Assembly: GCA_033763905.1 (NCBI GenBank)
Contig: JANRJP010000079.1
Span: 1 to 50,215, forward strand
DNA: 50,215 nucleotides
Direction of reading: 5' to 3'
Origin: Gemmatimonadaceae bacterium
Lineage (GTDB): Bacteria > Gemmatimonadota > Gemmatimonadetes > Gemmatimonadales > Gemmatimonadaceae
The notes under the pieces are model-generated. The model ran no database searches. It saw nothing but the letters and a program-made list of their open reading frames with translations, and was not told where the DNA came from. Both the position numbers and the translations under genes were made by a program. Shown here piece by piece: positions 19,186-26,792 of this stretch (position 1 is the first letter of the stretch; every line of letters begins with the position of its first letter).

Positions 19186-19877
19186 GGCGCGAACCGATAG
19201 CCGGTTTTCCAGACCGTGAGGATGTGGCGTGGTGCCGTGGGATCGTCTTCGAGCTTTTTGCGGAGTTCCGCGACGTGAATGTCCACCGTGCGGGTCTTGA
19301 TGTCGGGCGCGTGCCCCCAGACATCGCGCAGCAGCGCGGCGCGCGTCAGCGCCACGCCCGGCTGACGCAGGAAGGCCAGCAGCAGGTCGAGTTCCTTGGG
19401 CGCCAATGACACCGGCGCGCCACGGACCGTCACGCTGCGCGCCACGGTGTCGACGCGGACCTCGCCAAACGTCTGCACGCCACGCGGTGCGTCATCCGGC
19501 GCAGCGGCGGGCGGCGCCGTCCGGCGGAGCAGGGCGTCCACCCGTGCGAGCAATTCCAGCAGTCCGAAGGGCTTGGTGACGTAGTCGTCCGCCCCGGTGC
19601 GGAACCCACGCAGCTTGTCGGCCTCCTCGCCGCGCGCGCTCAGGATCAGCGCGGGAACACGGGAGCCTTCCGCGCGCACGGTGTGCAGCACATCGAAGCC
19701 GTCGCGGCCGGGCAGCATCAGGTCCAGTACCAGCAACTGCGGCGGCGCCGCTCGAAACGTCGTGAGGGCCTCGTGGCCGTCGGCGGCGTGCGTGACGCGG
19801 TGCCCCCGCGCTTCGAGCGCGCGGCGCAAGCCGTAGGCGAGGTCGGCGTGGTCCTCGACCAGTAGGATGTCGGCGAT
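19182..19877 (-). CDS. OmpR-family response regulator (probable non-canonical ATC start)
   Basis: In-frame extension upstream of TTG 19829 supplies ADILLVEDH; LDLMLPG, GADDYVTKPF, RTVDIHVAELRKKLE, TVWKTGYRF. Confidence 0.9.
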   Translation of the reverse strand: MADILLVEDHADLAYGLRRALEARGHRVTHAADGHEALTTFRAAPPQLLVLDLMLPGRDGFDVLHTVRAEGSRVPALILSARGEEADKLRGFRTGADDYVTKPFGLLELLARVDALLRRTAPPAAAPDDAPRGVQTFGEVRVDTVARSVTVRGAPVSLAPKELDLLLAFLRQPGVALTRAALLRDVWGHAPDIKTRTVDIHVAELRKKLEDDPTAPRHILTVWKTGYRFAP

Positions 19878-20019
19878 TGGTCGATCCGCGATGAGGGGCG
19901 CAGGCGAAGTTAGCGCCCTTGGTTCCCATCGCGCCGGTCGAGCGCGGGGCGCCGATGCAAGCGAGTTGTAAGGACCCCTCGCGCGGGCGCCGACGAGCGA
20001 CGGATTGCCCTGTTGCTAC

Positions 20020-20035
20020 TGATAGCTTATTATCA
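20020..20035. promoter_or_regulatory. Fur/Zur-family-like box upstream of rpmG
   Basis: TGATAGC-TT-ATTATCA, AT-rich imperfect palindrome ~60 bp before the cysteine-free L33 gene. Confidence 0.55.
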
Positions 20036-20093
20036 TTTTGTGGTGACGCGGCCGATGGCCGGCGCTGCATCCCTTCCGAATGCCGAGTGCTCG

Positions 20094-20252
20094 ATGGCCA
20101 ACAGCAAGCGCGTGCAAGTGAAGCTCCGTAGCACCGAGAGCCACTTCACCTACTACACCACCAAGAATCCGCGCGCGATGCCGCAGCGGATGGAGCAGCG
20201 GAAGTACGATCCGTACGTCCGCCGCCACGTGCTCTTCAAGGAGTCGAAGTAG
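20094..20252 (+). CDS. rpmG: 50S ribosomal protein L33, zinc-independent (C-) type
   Basis: MANSKRVQVKLRSTESHFTYYTTKNPR...RKYDPYVRRHVLFKE; no cysteines. Confidence 0.93.
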   Translation: MANSKRVQVKLRSTESHFTYYTTKNPRAMPQRMEQRKYDPYVRRHVLFKESK

Positions 20253-20339
20253 TCGTCAGGCGATCGCGCCAGTACGCACGGCCTCGGCGCCGCCGCGCGG
20301 TGCGGCGGCCCGCCGCGCGCGGTAGCGCGCATAGCGCGT

Positions 20340-20390
20340 GCTCGTCGCCGCCAGAAGTGCCGAGTCGGCCGACTCGCACAGCCGACGAGC
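20340..20390. terminator. Extended stem-loop between convergent genes (terminator or REP-like)
   Basis: GCTCGTCG...CGACGAGC enclosing the perfect 16-bp palindrome CGAGTCGGCCGACTCG (20361-20376); no U-tract. Confidence 0.4.
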
Positions 20391-20435
20391 GCGGCAGCGA
20401 TCAGCGCAACGACGAGTCGGTGCAAGCGCAGGTGA

Positions 20436-21638
20436 CTACCCGTGTCCGTGCGCGGACTCGGCTTCGACCTGCGCATCGAGCTCATCGAGCATTTCGCGCG
20501 GCCATTCCGGCAGCGGGTCCTCGAATGACGCCCAGCCCGCTTCGCCGAGCGCCATCTCGGTGTCGGTCAGCACCGCCTTGTCGAGCAGTTTGGTGAGCTT
20601 GGCCTTCTCCATATCGATGCCGATGAAGACCAGCTCCTGCTTCGGGTACACCGGCGTATCGCTTGAATCGCCGGGGGACTGCCAGTAGCCGCCCGGGTTG
20701 AGCTGCAGCGACTTCCCGGCCAGCGACCAGATGCCGACGATTTCGGGTCGCGTCGCCAACCAAAAAACCCCCTTGGCGCGCAGCACGCCCTTCATTCCCT
20801 TGCGCACCGCATCGACAAGGCGATTCGGGTGCAGCGGGCGATCGGAGCGCCACACGAAGCTCGAGATGCCGTACTCCTCGGTCTCGGGTATGTGCGCGCC
20901 GGCGAGCTCCTTCTGCCAGCCCGGCGCCGCCTCGGCCTTCGCGAAGTCGAACAACCCCGTGTTGAAGATGTGCTCGAGGGGCACCTGGCCCATCGTCGAG
21001 CGCACCATTCGGGCGTCGGGATTGAGCGTACGCAGCACGGCTTCGAGTGTGTCGAGCTGTGCGGGCGTGCAACGGTCGGTCTTGTTGAGCACCAGCACGT
21101 TCGCGAACTCGACCTGATCGAGCAGCAGGTCGGCGAGTTCACGCTCGTCGTCTTCGCCGGCTTCGAGCTTGCGGTCCTTCAAGGCTTCGCCGCTCTCGAG
21201 GTCGGCGATGAAGGCCTCGCTATCGACCACCGTCACCATCGTGTCGAGTCGTGCGAGCTGCGACAGCGAGTAGCCGGAGTCGTCTTCGAACGTGAACGTG
21301 GCCGCGACCGGGAGCGGCTCGCCAATCCCGGTGGACTCCACCAGCAGGTAGTCGAAGCGGCCCGACGTGGCGAGCGACGCGACTTCCTTGAGCAGGTCGT
21401 CGCGCAGCGTGCAGCAGATGCAGCCGTTGGTCATTTCGACCAGCGTCTCATCGGTGCGCGAGAGCGCGGCGCCGCCGTCCCGTACCAACTGTGCGTCGAC
21501 GTTGATCTCGCTCATATCGTTGACGATCACGGCGACGCGACGGCCTTCGCGGTTCGACAGGACGTGATTGAGCAGCGTGGTCTTGCCGGCGCCAAGAAAA
21601 CCGGAGAGCACCGTGACGGGGAGGCGGGTGTCAGTCAT
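20436..21638 (-). CDS. COG0523 (CobW/YciC/ZigA-type) GTP-dependent metallochaperone
   Basis: [31 protein letters not shown], CobW_C domain. Confidence 0.93.
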   Translation of the reverse strand: MTDTRLPVTVLSGFLGAGKTTLLNHVLSNREGRRVAVIVNDMSEINVDAQLVRDGGAALSRTDETLVEMTNGCICCTLRDDLLKEVASLATSGRFDYLLVESTGIGEPLPVAATFTFEDDSGYSLSQLARLDTMVTVVDSEAFIADLESGEALKDRKLEAGEDDERELADLLLDQVEFANVLVLNKTDRCTPAQLDTLEAVLRTLNPDARMVRSTMGQVPLEHIFNTGLFDFAKAEAAPGWQKELAGAHIPETEEYGISSFVWRSDRPLHPNRLVDAVRKGMKGVLRAKGVFWLATRPEIVGIWSLAGKSLQLNPGGYWQSPGDSSDTPVYPKQELVFIGIDMEKAKLTKLLDKAVLTDTEMALGEAGWASFEDPLPEWPREMLDELDAQVEAESAHGHG

Positions 21639-21683
21639 CGAACAAATGTGCCCCGTTCGGTGCCCCCGCTTGTGCAGCGGCAG

Positions 21684-21749
21684 CGACGACGGTCGCTCCG
21701 AGCCGCCGAGTGGTTGATTCAGTCCGCTCGGCGGGAGCGCCCGTCGTCG
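21684..21749. other. Long (~25 bp stem) hairpin upstream of the COG0523 gene
   Basis: CGACGACGG-T-CGCTCC-[GAGC]-CGCCGAGTGG pairs with CCGCTCGGCG-GGAGCG-C-CCGTCGTCG; 10-nt loop. Confidence 0.6.
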
Positions 21750-21764
21750 AGCGTGCGGGTCGGA

Positions 21765-22595
21765 TCAGCCGAATGCGGCGCGGTAGTCGTTCGCGTAGGC
21801 GGCGAATGTCCGCGGGGCGTGGCCGGCAATCGTCGGGACCGCATCGGTCACCCGTTCCGCCGCACCGAGCTTGAAGTAGTGCAGAATCACGAGCAGGAAC
21901 TCGGTGTAGTCCGCCGGCAGGCCAGCGGCGAGCAGGCCGGGCCGCATCACGTCGGGCGTGATGTCGTCATAGCGGATCGTCCGGCCGAGGGCGCGCGTGA
22001 GATGCTCGGCGACGGTGGCGTGATCGATCGCCTCACCGCCCGTGAGGTCGAACGCCTGGTTGTCGTGCGTCGACGACGTCAGCAGGACGGCGGCGACATC
22101 GGCGATATCGCGCGCATCGATGAAGCTCCCCTTTGCGGTGCCCGTCGGGAGCTGGATCGCGTTGGCGGTGCGAATGCCGTGAATCCAGAACGTATTGAAG
22201 TTCTGCATAAACCAATTCGGTCGGATCACGTTCCACGTCACGCCCGACTGTTCAAGGTGCAGTTCCAGCTTGCGCATCGGGCCGTTGGGATCGGCGTCTG
22301 CACCCATCGCGGTCATCAGCACGAGCTTGCGCACGCCGGCGCGCTTGGCGGCGTCAATGACCGGCGAGAGCAGCACATCCTGGTTCGTGTGCCCCGGCGG
22401 CGACATCAAGAAGGCGGCGTCGACACCGGCGAGCGCCGCGGTCAGCCCTTCGCCGGTGAGGAGGTTCAGGTGGACCTGCCCGGGGCCGGCCGCTTGGCTG
22501 GTGGCACGGCGCACGGTGTGGCCGGCGACTTCGAGGGCGGGCGCGAGCGCGCGGCCGACAGTACCGCTGGCACCGATGACGAGGATCGTAGACAT
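21765..22595 (-). CDS. NmrA-like NAD(P)-binding oxidoreductase
   Basis: MSTILVIGASGTVG, IRPNWFMQN, FIDARDIADVAA; C-terminal third of ORF 21765..24203. Confidence 0.9.
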   Translation of the reverse strand: MSTILVIGASGTVGRALAPALEVAGHTVRRATSQAAGPGQVHLNLLTGEGLTAALAGVDAAFLMSPPGHTNQDVLLSPVIDAAKRAGVRKLVLMTAMGADADPNGPMRKLELHLEQSGVTWNVIRPNWFMQNFNTFWIHGIRTANAIQLPTGTAKGSFIDARDIADVAAVLLTSSTHDNQAFDLTGGEAIDHATVAEHLTRALGRTIRYDDITPDVMRPGLLAAGLPADYTEFLLVILHYFKLGAAERVTDAVPTIAGHAPRTFAAYANDYRAAFG

Positions 22596-22715
22596 ATGAT
22601 GATAGAGGTGGACGAGGTTGGTGATGGTACAATAGCCGTCTGATTCGGACGGAGAATGGCTAGAAGGCGACTCTTGTTGTCTATTCGTCCATCTGTGGTG
22701 TACCTTCCGACATCT

Positions 22716-23609
22716 ATGGATATCCTCAGCGACCTGTTCCGGGACGCCGGACTTCGGCGGCGGATCGTGGATTTGATCGACCTGCCGACCGGGGCGCAGC
22801 GCGACTTTCCCTGCGACCGAAGCGTCGGCCTGCACGTCGTCCTGGAAGGCAGCGCGTGGCTGCATCCGGCGAACGGCGCTGCACCGATTCGGGTGGAGGC
22901 GGGCGAGATCGCCTTGATGGCACGCGGCGAACATCACGCGCTGTCTCCCGCTGACACGCAGTGCCGCGTGATCAGTGGCGCGTACCAACTGTGGCACGCG
23001 CCGCTGCATCCGGTCTTCGGCGATCTGCCGCCGTGGAACGTGCGCCGCGGTGATCGGGCGAATCGGCTTGATGCGATCGGCCTTACGGTCTCGCTGCTCG
23101 CCGACGAGGCCAGCGGTGATGCGCTCGGTCGCGAGACCGCCGTCTATGCGCTGCTCGATCTGTTGTTCACGCGCGTCGTGCGTGAGCTCGTAGAACAGCG
23201 CGGCGTGCGCACGCCCGGGGTCGGCCACGCGATCCGCGACCGCCAAGTCCGCGCGGCACTGACCTTGTTGCACGAAGACGTGGCGGCGGAGTGGACGATT
23301 GATCGGCTGGGCGCGTCGGTCGGACTGTCGCGGAGTGCGTTTGCGGAGCGCTTCCGCGCGGTGGTCGGTGAGCCGCCGCTGACCTATTTGCGCACGCTGC
23401 GCGTGCAGCGCGCGATGCGCCTGCTCGCGGAGTCCAGCGACGGCCTCGATGTCATTGCCCATCGCGTGGGCTACGGCGACGCGTTCGCGTTCTCGAAGGC
23501 GTTCAAGAAGGCGACGGGGATCTCGCCCGGGGAGTTCCGACGCCGCGATGCGGCGGAGCGCGCATTGGCGTGGCGGTTCGAGGCGCGCGAGGCGGTCGGC
23601 GGGGGCTAA
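22716..23609 (+). CDS. AraC family regulator with Cupin_6-type N-domain
   Basis: MDILSDLF start; LHVVLEGSAWL; GLSRSAFAERFRAVVGEPPLTYL; VGYGDAFAFSKAFKK; divergent from NmrA gene. Confidence 0.92.
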   Translation: MDILSDLFRDAGLRRRIVDLIDLPTGAQRDFPCDRSVGLHVVLEGSAWLHPANGAAPIRVEAGEIALMARGEHHALSPADTQCRVISGAYQLWHAPLHPVFGDLPPWNVRRGDRANRLDAIGLTVSLLADEASGDALGRETAVYALLDLLFTRVVRELVEQRGVRTPGVGHAIRDRQVRAALTLLHEDVAAEWTIDRLGASVGLSRSAFAERFRAVVGEPPLTYLRTLRVQRAMRLLAESSDGLDVIAHRVGYGDAFAFSKAFKKATGISPGEFRRRDAAERALAWRFEAREAVGGG

Positions 23610-24112
23610 GCCTGACGACGTCGACGGACGAGACGCGGTAGCCACCAGAGATAAGCACCGGTGAGCCACAGGCCGAGCACGACGACACCAGCGGGCAAGA
23701 AGATCCAGCGCTTGGCCGCATCGCCGAAGAAGCTGCCGTCGTGCCACTGTTCGATCAGGTCGGATCGCCGATACGCCACCTGCAGCACTCGGCCGTCGGC
23801 GATCGCGAGCTGCGCTTCCCATCGCGATCGGCTGACCACTTTCAGGATGCCTTTTGCGGGACGCACATCGATGCGTTCGATATCGTCCCACGAGCGCACG
23901 CCGGCCTCGGGCATTGCCTTCGCGGCCGTGAGCACGACATCCCACGACACGGCGGGCGCCCGTGCCGGCGTCCGCTGCTCGGGTGGCTGCACCCACGCGA
24001 CCTGCTTCTTCACCTGCAGCAGCAGTCCGGAGACCACCACGAGCAGGAAGGGAATCCCGACAAGGACAGCGCCCCACCGGTGGAGTCGGCGGGTCAGCAA
24101 CGGCAGTCGCAT
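23606..24112 (-). CDS. PepSY-associated transmembrane protein
   Basis: RRLHRWG...VSGLLL; IEQWHDGSFFG; LWLTGAYLWW. Confidence 0.85.
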   Translation of the reverse strand: MRLPLLTRRLHRWGAVLVGIPFLLVVVSGLLLQVKKQVAWVQPPEQRTPARAPAVSWDVVLTAAKAMPEAGVRSWDDIERIDVRPAKGILKVVSRSRWEAQLAIADGRVLQVAYRRSDLIEQWHDGSFFGDAAKRWIFLPAGVVVLGLWLTGAYLWWLPRLVRRRRQA

Positions 24113-24291
24113 CAGGGGTGACGCAGGAGGAGAAACACGAGAATACGGATCGCAGGCGCGGCTGACATGCTGCATCGGCCGCTCGCGACCGACCGCCACG
24201 CAAGCTACCCGCCGGCCGTGACGCTCGCTGTGCCCGTGTTCCGACTGCGCGGCCGCTTCGCCTCGACGACTGCCGCGCTAGCGGCCGACAA

Positions 24292-24381
24292 GGCGTCGAC
24301 CGGAAACGCGTGAGCGAGCGACCCGCAGGGGCCGCCGTGCGGCCCCGAGGACAAGCGAGCGGAGCGTTTCCGGTCGACGCC
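24292..24381. repeat. 90-bp palindromic element with perfect 18-bp terminal inverted repeats (REP/MITE-like)
   Basis: GGCGTCGACCGGAAACGC (24292-24309) and GCGTTTCCGGTCGACGCC (24364-24381); internal hairpin GGGGCCGC-CGT-GCGGCCCC flanked by two AGCGAGCG. Confidence 0.75.
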
Positions 24382-24487
24382 GCCCGCGCAGAAACGTCCG
24401 CGCAGAACGGCCCGCGCAGAACCGTCCGCGCAGAACCGCCCGCGCAGAACCGCCCGCGCAGAAGCGCCAGCGCAGAAGCGCCAGCGC
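24381..24487. repeat. 14-bp tandem repeat, 7 full copies plus a partial
   Basis: Consensus CGCCCGCGCAGAAC; units start at 24381, 24395, 24409, 24423, 24437, 24451, 24465, 24479. Confidence 0.92.
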
Positions 24488-24494
24488 GAGCGAC

Positions 24495-25256
24495 TTACGA
24501 CTTGCCGCGCAACTCCTTGAGCAGCGCGTCGATCTCCTGCAGGCGTCCGTCGTCGCCCACCTCGCTCACACTGAGCTTCGCGCCCGCTTCAAGCTGCGCC
24601 CGCGCGTCCGCCGTCTTGCCGTCGCGCACGAGCGCGCGCGCGTAATCGAGACGGAACATCACGAAGTCCGGCCTGAGCTCGACCGCACGGCGCAGGTTGG
24701 TGAGCGCATCGCCAAGCGTCGCCCAGCCCAAGCCCACCGGCATCCGCAACGGTCGCGGCGTCTCGAGCAGCTTGAGATGCGTGCGCCCCAGGATGTAGTG
24801 CGCCGTCGCCTGCTGCCCCGCGCCGCCATCGCCGAGTTGAATCGCCTTCGCCGCATCGTCGCGCACGGCGCGCACCAGATCGGCCGCCTCCAGCGCCCCG
24901 CGGAACAGGGCGATCTTTCCGCCTGCCGCCGCGCGACGGACGTAGCCCGCCGCCGCCTTGGGGTTCGCCTGCACCGCCTGCTCGGCAAAGTTCTTCGACT
25001 GCAGGTAGAAGGTCTCACCGGCCTTGTCCCCCGCCTCGTCCCCGAGCAGGTTCCACACGCGGGCAAGCCGCCAGAGGACCTCGAAGTCCTTCGGCGCCAC
25101 ACGACGCGCCTGTTCGATCGCCGTGCGCGCGTCCGTGAGCTTGGCCTGCGCCAACAGGGAGTCGGTGCGCGCCGTGAGCTCGGCGACCTCCTGTGCCGCG
25201 CCGGACGCCATCGGCAACAGGATGGCGAGGACCGTCGTCCCCACCACGTGCCGCAT
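24495..25256 (-). CDS. Secreted TPR protein (RMD-like)
   Basis: Signal peptide MRHVVGTTVLAILLPMASGAAQ; DFEVLWRLAR, AEQAVQANP, AHYILGR, LRRAVELRP; alternative start 25271. Confidence 0.8.
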   Translation of the reverse strand: MRHVVGTTVLAILLPMASGAAQEVAELTARTDSLLAQAKLTDARTAIEQARRVAPKDFEVLWRLARVWNLLGDEAGDKAGETFYLQSKNFAEQAVQANPKAAAGYVRRAAAGGKIALFRGALEAADLVRAVRDDAAKAIQLGDGGAGQQATAHYILGRTHLKLLETPRPLRMPVGLGWATLGDALTNLRRAVELRPDFVMFRLDYARALVRDGKTADARAQLEAGAKLSVSEVGDDGRLQEIDALLKELRGKS

Positions 25257-25272
25257 TGCTGCAAGGTGCATT

Positions 25273-26235
25273 GTGTCGCTCCGAACGATTCGTGACGTAT
25301 CGACCTGCGCGCTCGTTGGCGCGATGGGACTGGTGAGTATCGCCGCTCGGCCTGCCGCCGCGCAACGCGAACAGTGGGCGGTTCGCTACGAAGGGATCGG
25401 TCGGGCTGACACGCCGACCCCCTGGACGCCGCCAGGCGCTCCCGCCGCGCCGCTCGCCGAGAACGGCCTCACGGCGCGCCAGCTCGTCGTCCAAGGGGGC
25501 ATCCGCCGCGTCTACGGCAAGGACCAGACGCTGATGGTCCTCCACGGACTCGTGGGACGCGTCTCGCGCGTCGATCTGCCGATCCCCGGCGGGTCGATCC
25601 CGGGTTCTCCCGCGACGCGCACGTCGCTCGACCTGTACGCCCTGCAGTACGACCTCTGGTGGCTCAACAGCGTCAGCGATGTCACGACCATTGGCGTGAT
25701 CGCGCGGCCCGGCATCTTCACCGACGGCGTCAACGTCGGGCTCGATCACTTCCGCGTCGAAGCCGCCGCGTTTGTGGATCGCATCGTGAGTGACAACACC
25801 ACCTTGGGACTCGGCGTGGCGTACGGGTCCAACTTCGGTGTGGCCGTGCCCGTCCCGGTGCTGCATCTGGTCCACCGGCGCGGGAGCAAGGTGCTGATCG
25901 ACGGTTTTCTCCCACAGCGACTCACCGCCTGGTGGTTCCCGCGCAAGGGTCTCGATATCGGCGTCGAAGCGCAGCTTTTCGGCGCGCAGTACCGGCTCGG
26001 TGACCCCGCCGCACAGCCGCGACGCGCCGGGCAGTTCCAATTCGCGAACGGCACACTGGGCCCCGTCGTGCGGTGGAACATCGCGGGCAAGACGTATCTG
26101 AACGTCGAAGCAGGCACCACCGTGTTGCGGCGCGTGAACTACGCGGCGTTTGCGACCGGTCCTGGGGAAGCCGTCCTGGGCTACGGTCCGGGGAACGCGC
26201 CCTACGTCAAGCTGGGGCTGGTGGCGTTGTATTGA
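25273..26235 (+). CDS. Outer-membrane beta-barrel protein (DUF6268-like)
   Basis: Signal ending PAAAQ; alternating strands; LGLGVAYGSNFG...PVPVL; C-terminal Tyr. Confidence 0.7.
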   Translation: MSLRTIRDVSTCALVGAMGLVSIAARPAAAQREQWAVRYEGIGRADTPTPWTPPGAPAAPLAENGLTARQLVVQGGIRRVYGKDQTLMVLHGLVGRVSRVDLPIPGGSIPGSPATRTSLDLYALQYDLWWLNSVSDVTTIGVIARPGIFTDGVNVGLDHFRVEAAAFVDRIVSDNTTLGLGVAYGSNFGVAVPVPVLHLVHRRGSKVLIDGFLPQRLTAWWFPRKGLDIGVEAQLFGAQYRLGDPAAQPRRAGQFQFANGTLGPVVRWNIAGKTYLNVEAGTTVLRRVNYAAFATGPGEAVLGYGPGNAPYVKLGLVALY

Positions 26236-26792
26236 GCGCTGACCTTCGTCGCGTGGCGATCGACGAGCACCATCGTGTCGTCGCCGGATTGCTCGACGCG
26301 GTTGGTACGGTCGGTGATCCCATCTGGCACCTCGGGCCGACACCCACGCGCTGGAGCGCCGCCGCGTTGACGCTCCACGTCGCCGACGCCTACCGGTACG
26401 GCGCCGACGCGGCACGCGGGCGGGCCACGATGCGCGTACGTGTCCCGCGAGTGTGGGCGTGGTTCGCGCGCACCGTGCTGCTGCCGCGGCTGCTCGCGGC
26501 AGAACGCTTCCCCGCTGGCGCGCGGTCACCGGACGAAGTGCTTCCTGATCTGTCCCGTGCCGCTACGCTCACGAAGCCGGACGGCCTGTCGATGCTGCAA
26601 CAATGCGCCGACGACGCCCTCTCGGCGCTGATCGAGGCCCACGACACACGACCGAAGACCCGCATCGTACACGCGAGCTTTGGATCGCTGTCGCCGCTCC
26701 TCGCCCTGCGGCTCCTCAGCGCCCACACGCGACACCACACCGCTGGAATGCGCGAACGGAGCGCATTGACACCACGCCGCGCAGGGTGCTAG
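26232..26792 (+). CDS. DinB-family protein
   Basis: TTG overlapping upstream TGA; WSAAALTLHV, HASFGSLS, LSAHTRHH. Confidence 0.8.
   Translation: MSADLRRVAIDEHHRVVAGLLDAVGTVGDPIWHLGPTPTRWSAAALTLHVADAYRYGADAARGRATMRVRVPRVWAWFARTVLLPRLLAAERFPAGARSPDEVLPDLSRAATLTKPDGLSMLQQCADDALSALIEAHDTRPKTRIVHASFGSLSPLLALRLLSAHTRHHTAGMRERSALTPRRAGC

Noticed and set aside
20436..21638. COG0523 as a nickel chaperone for the hydrogenase
   Set aside because: About 7 kb away with unrelated genes between; the C- L33 neighbour points to zinc, and hypA/hypB are already present
22647..22690. GGACG...CGTCC inverted ends between NmrA and AraC genes
   Set aside because: Only 5-bp arms; plausible AraC site but too weak to call and an ordinary arrangement
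21765..24203. 812-aa ORF as a single protein
   Set aside because: Only the last 276 aa match NmrA; the rest is a shadow frame over the AraC and PepSY genes
24381..24487. Possible CRISPR array
   Set aside because: Units are 14 bp and contiguous with no unique spacers, and no cas genes are present
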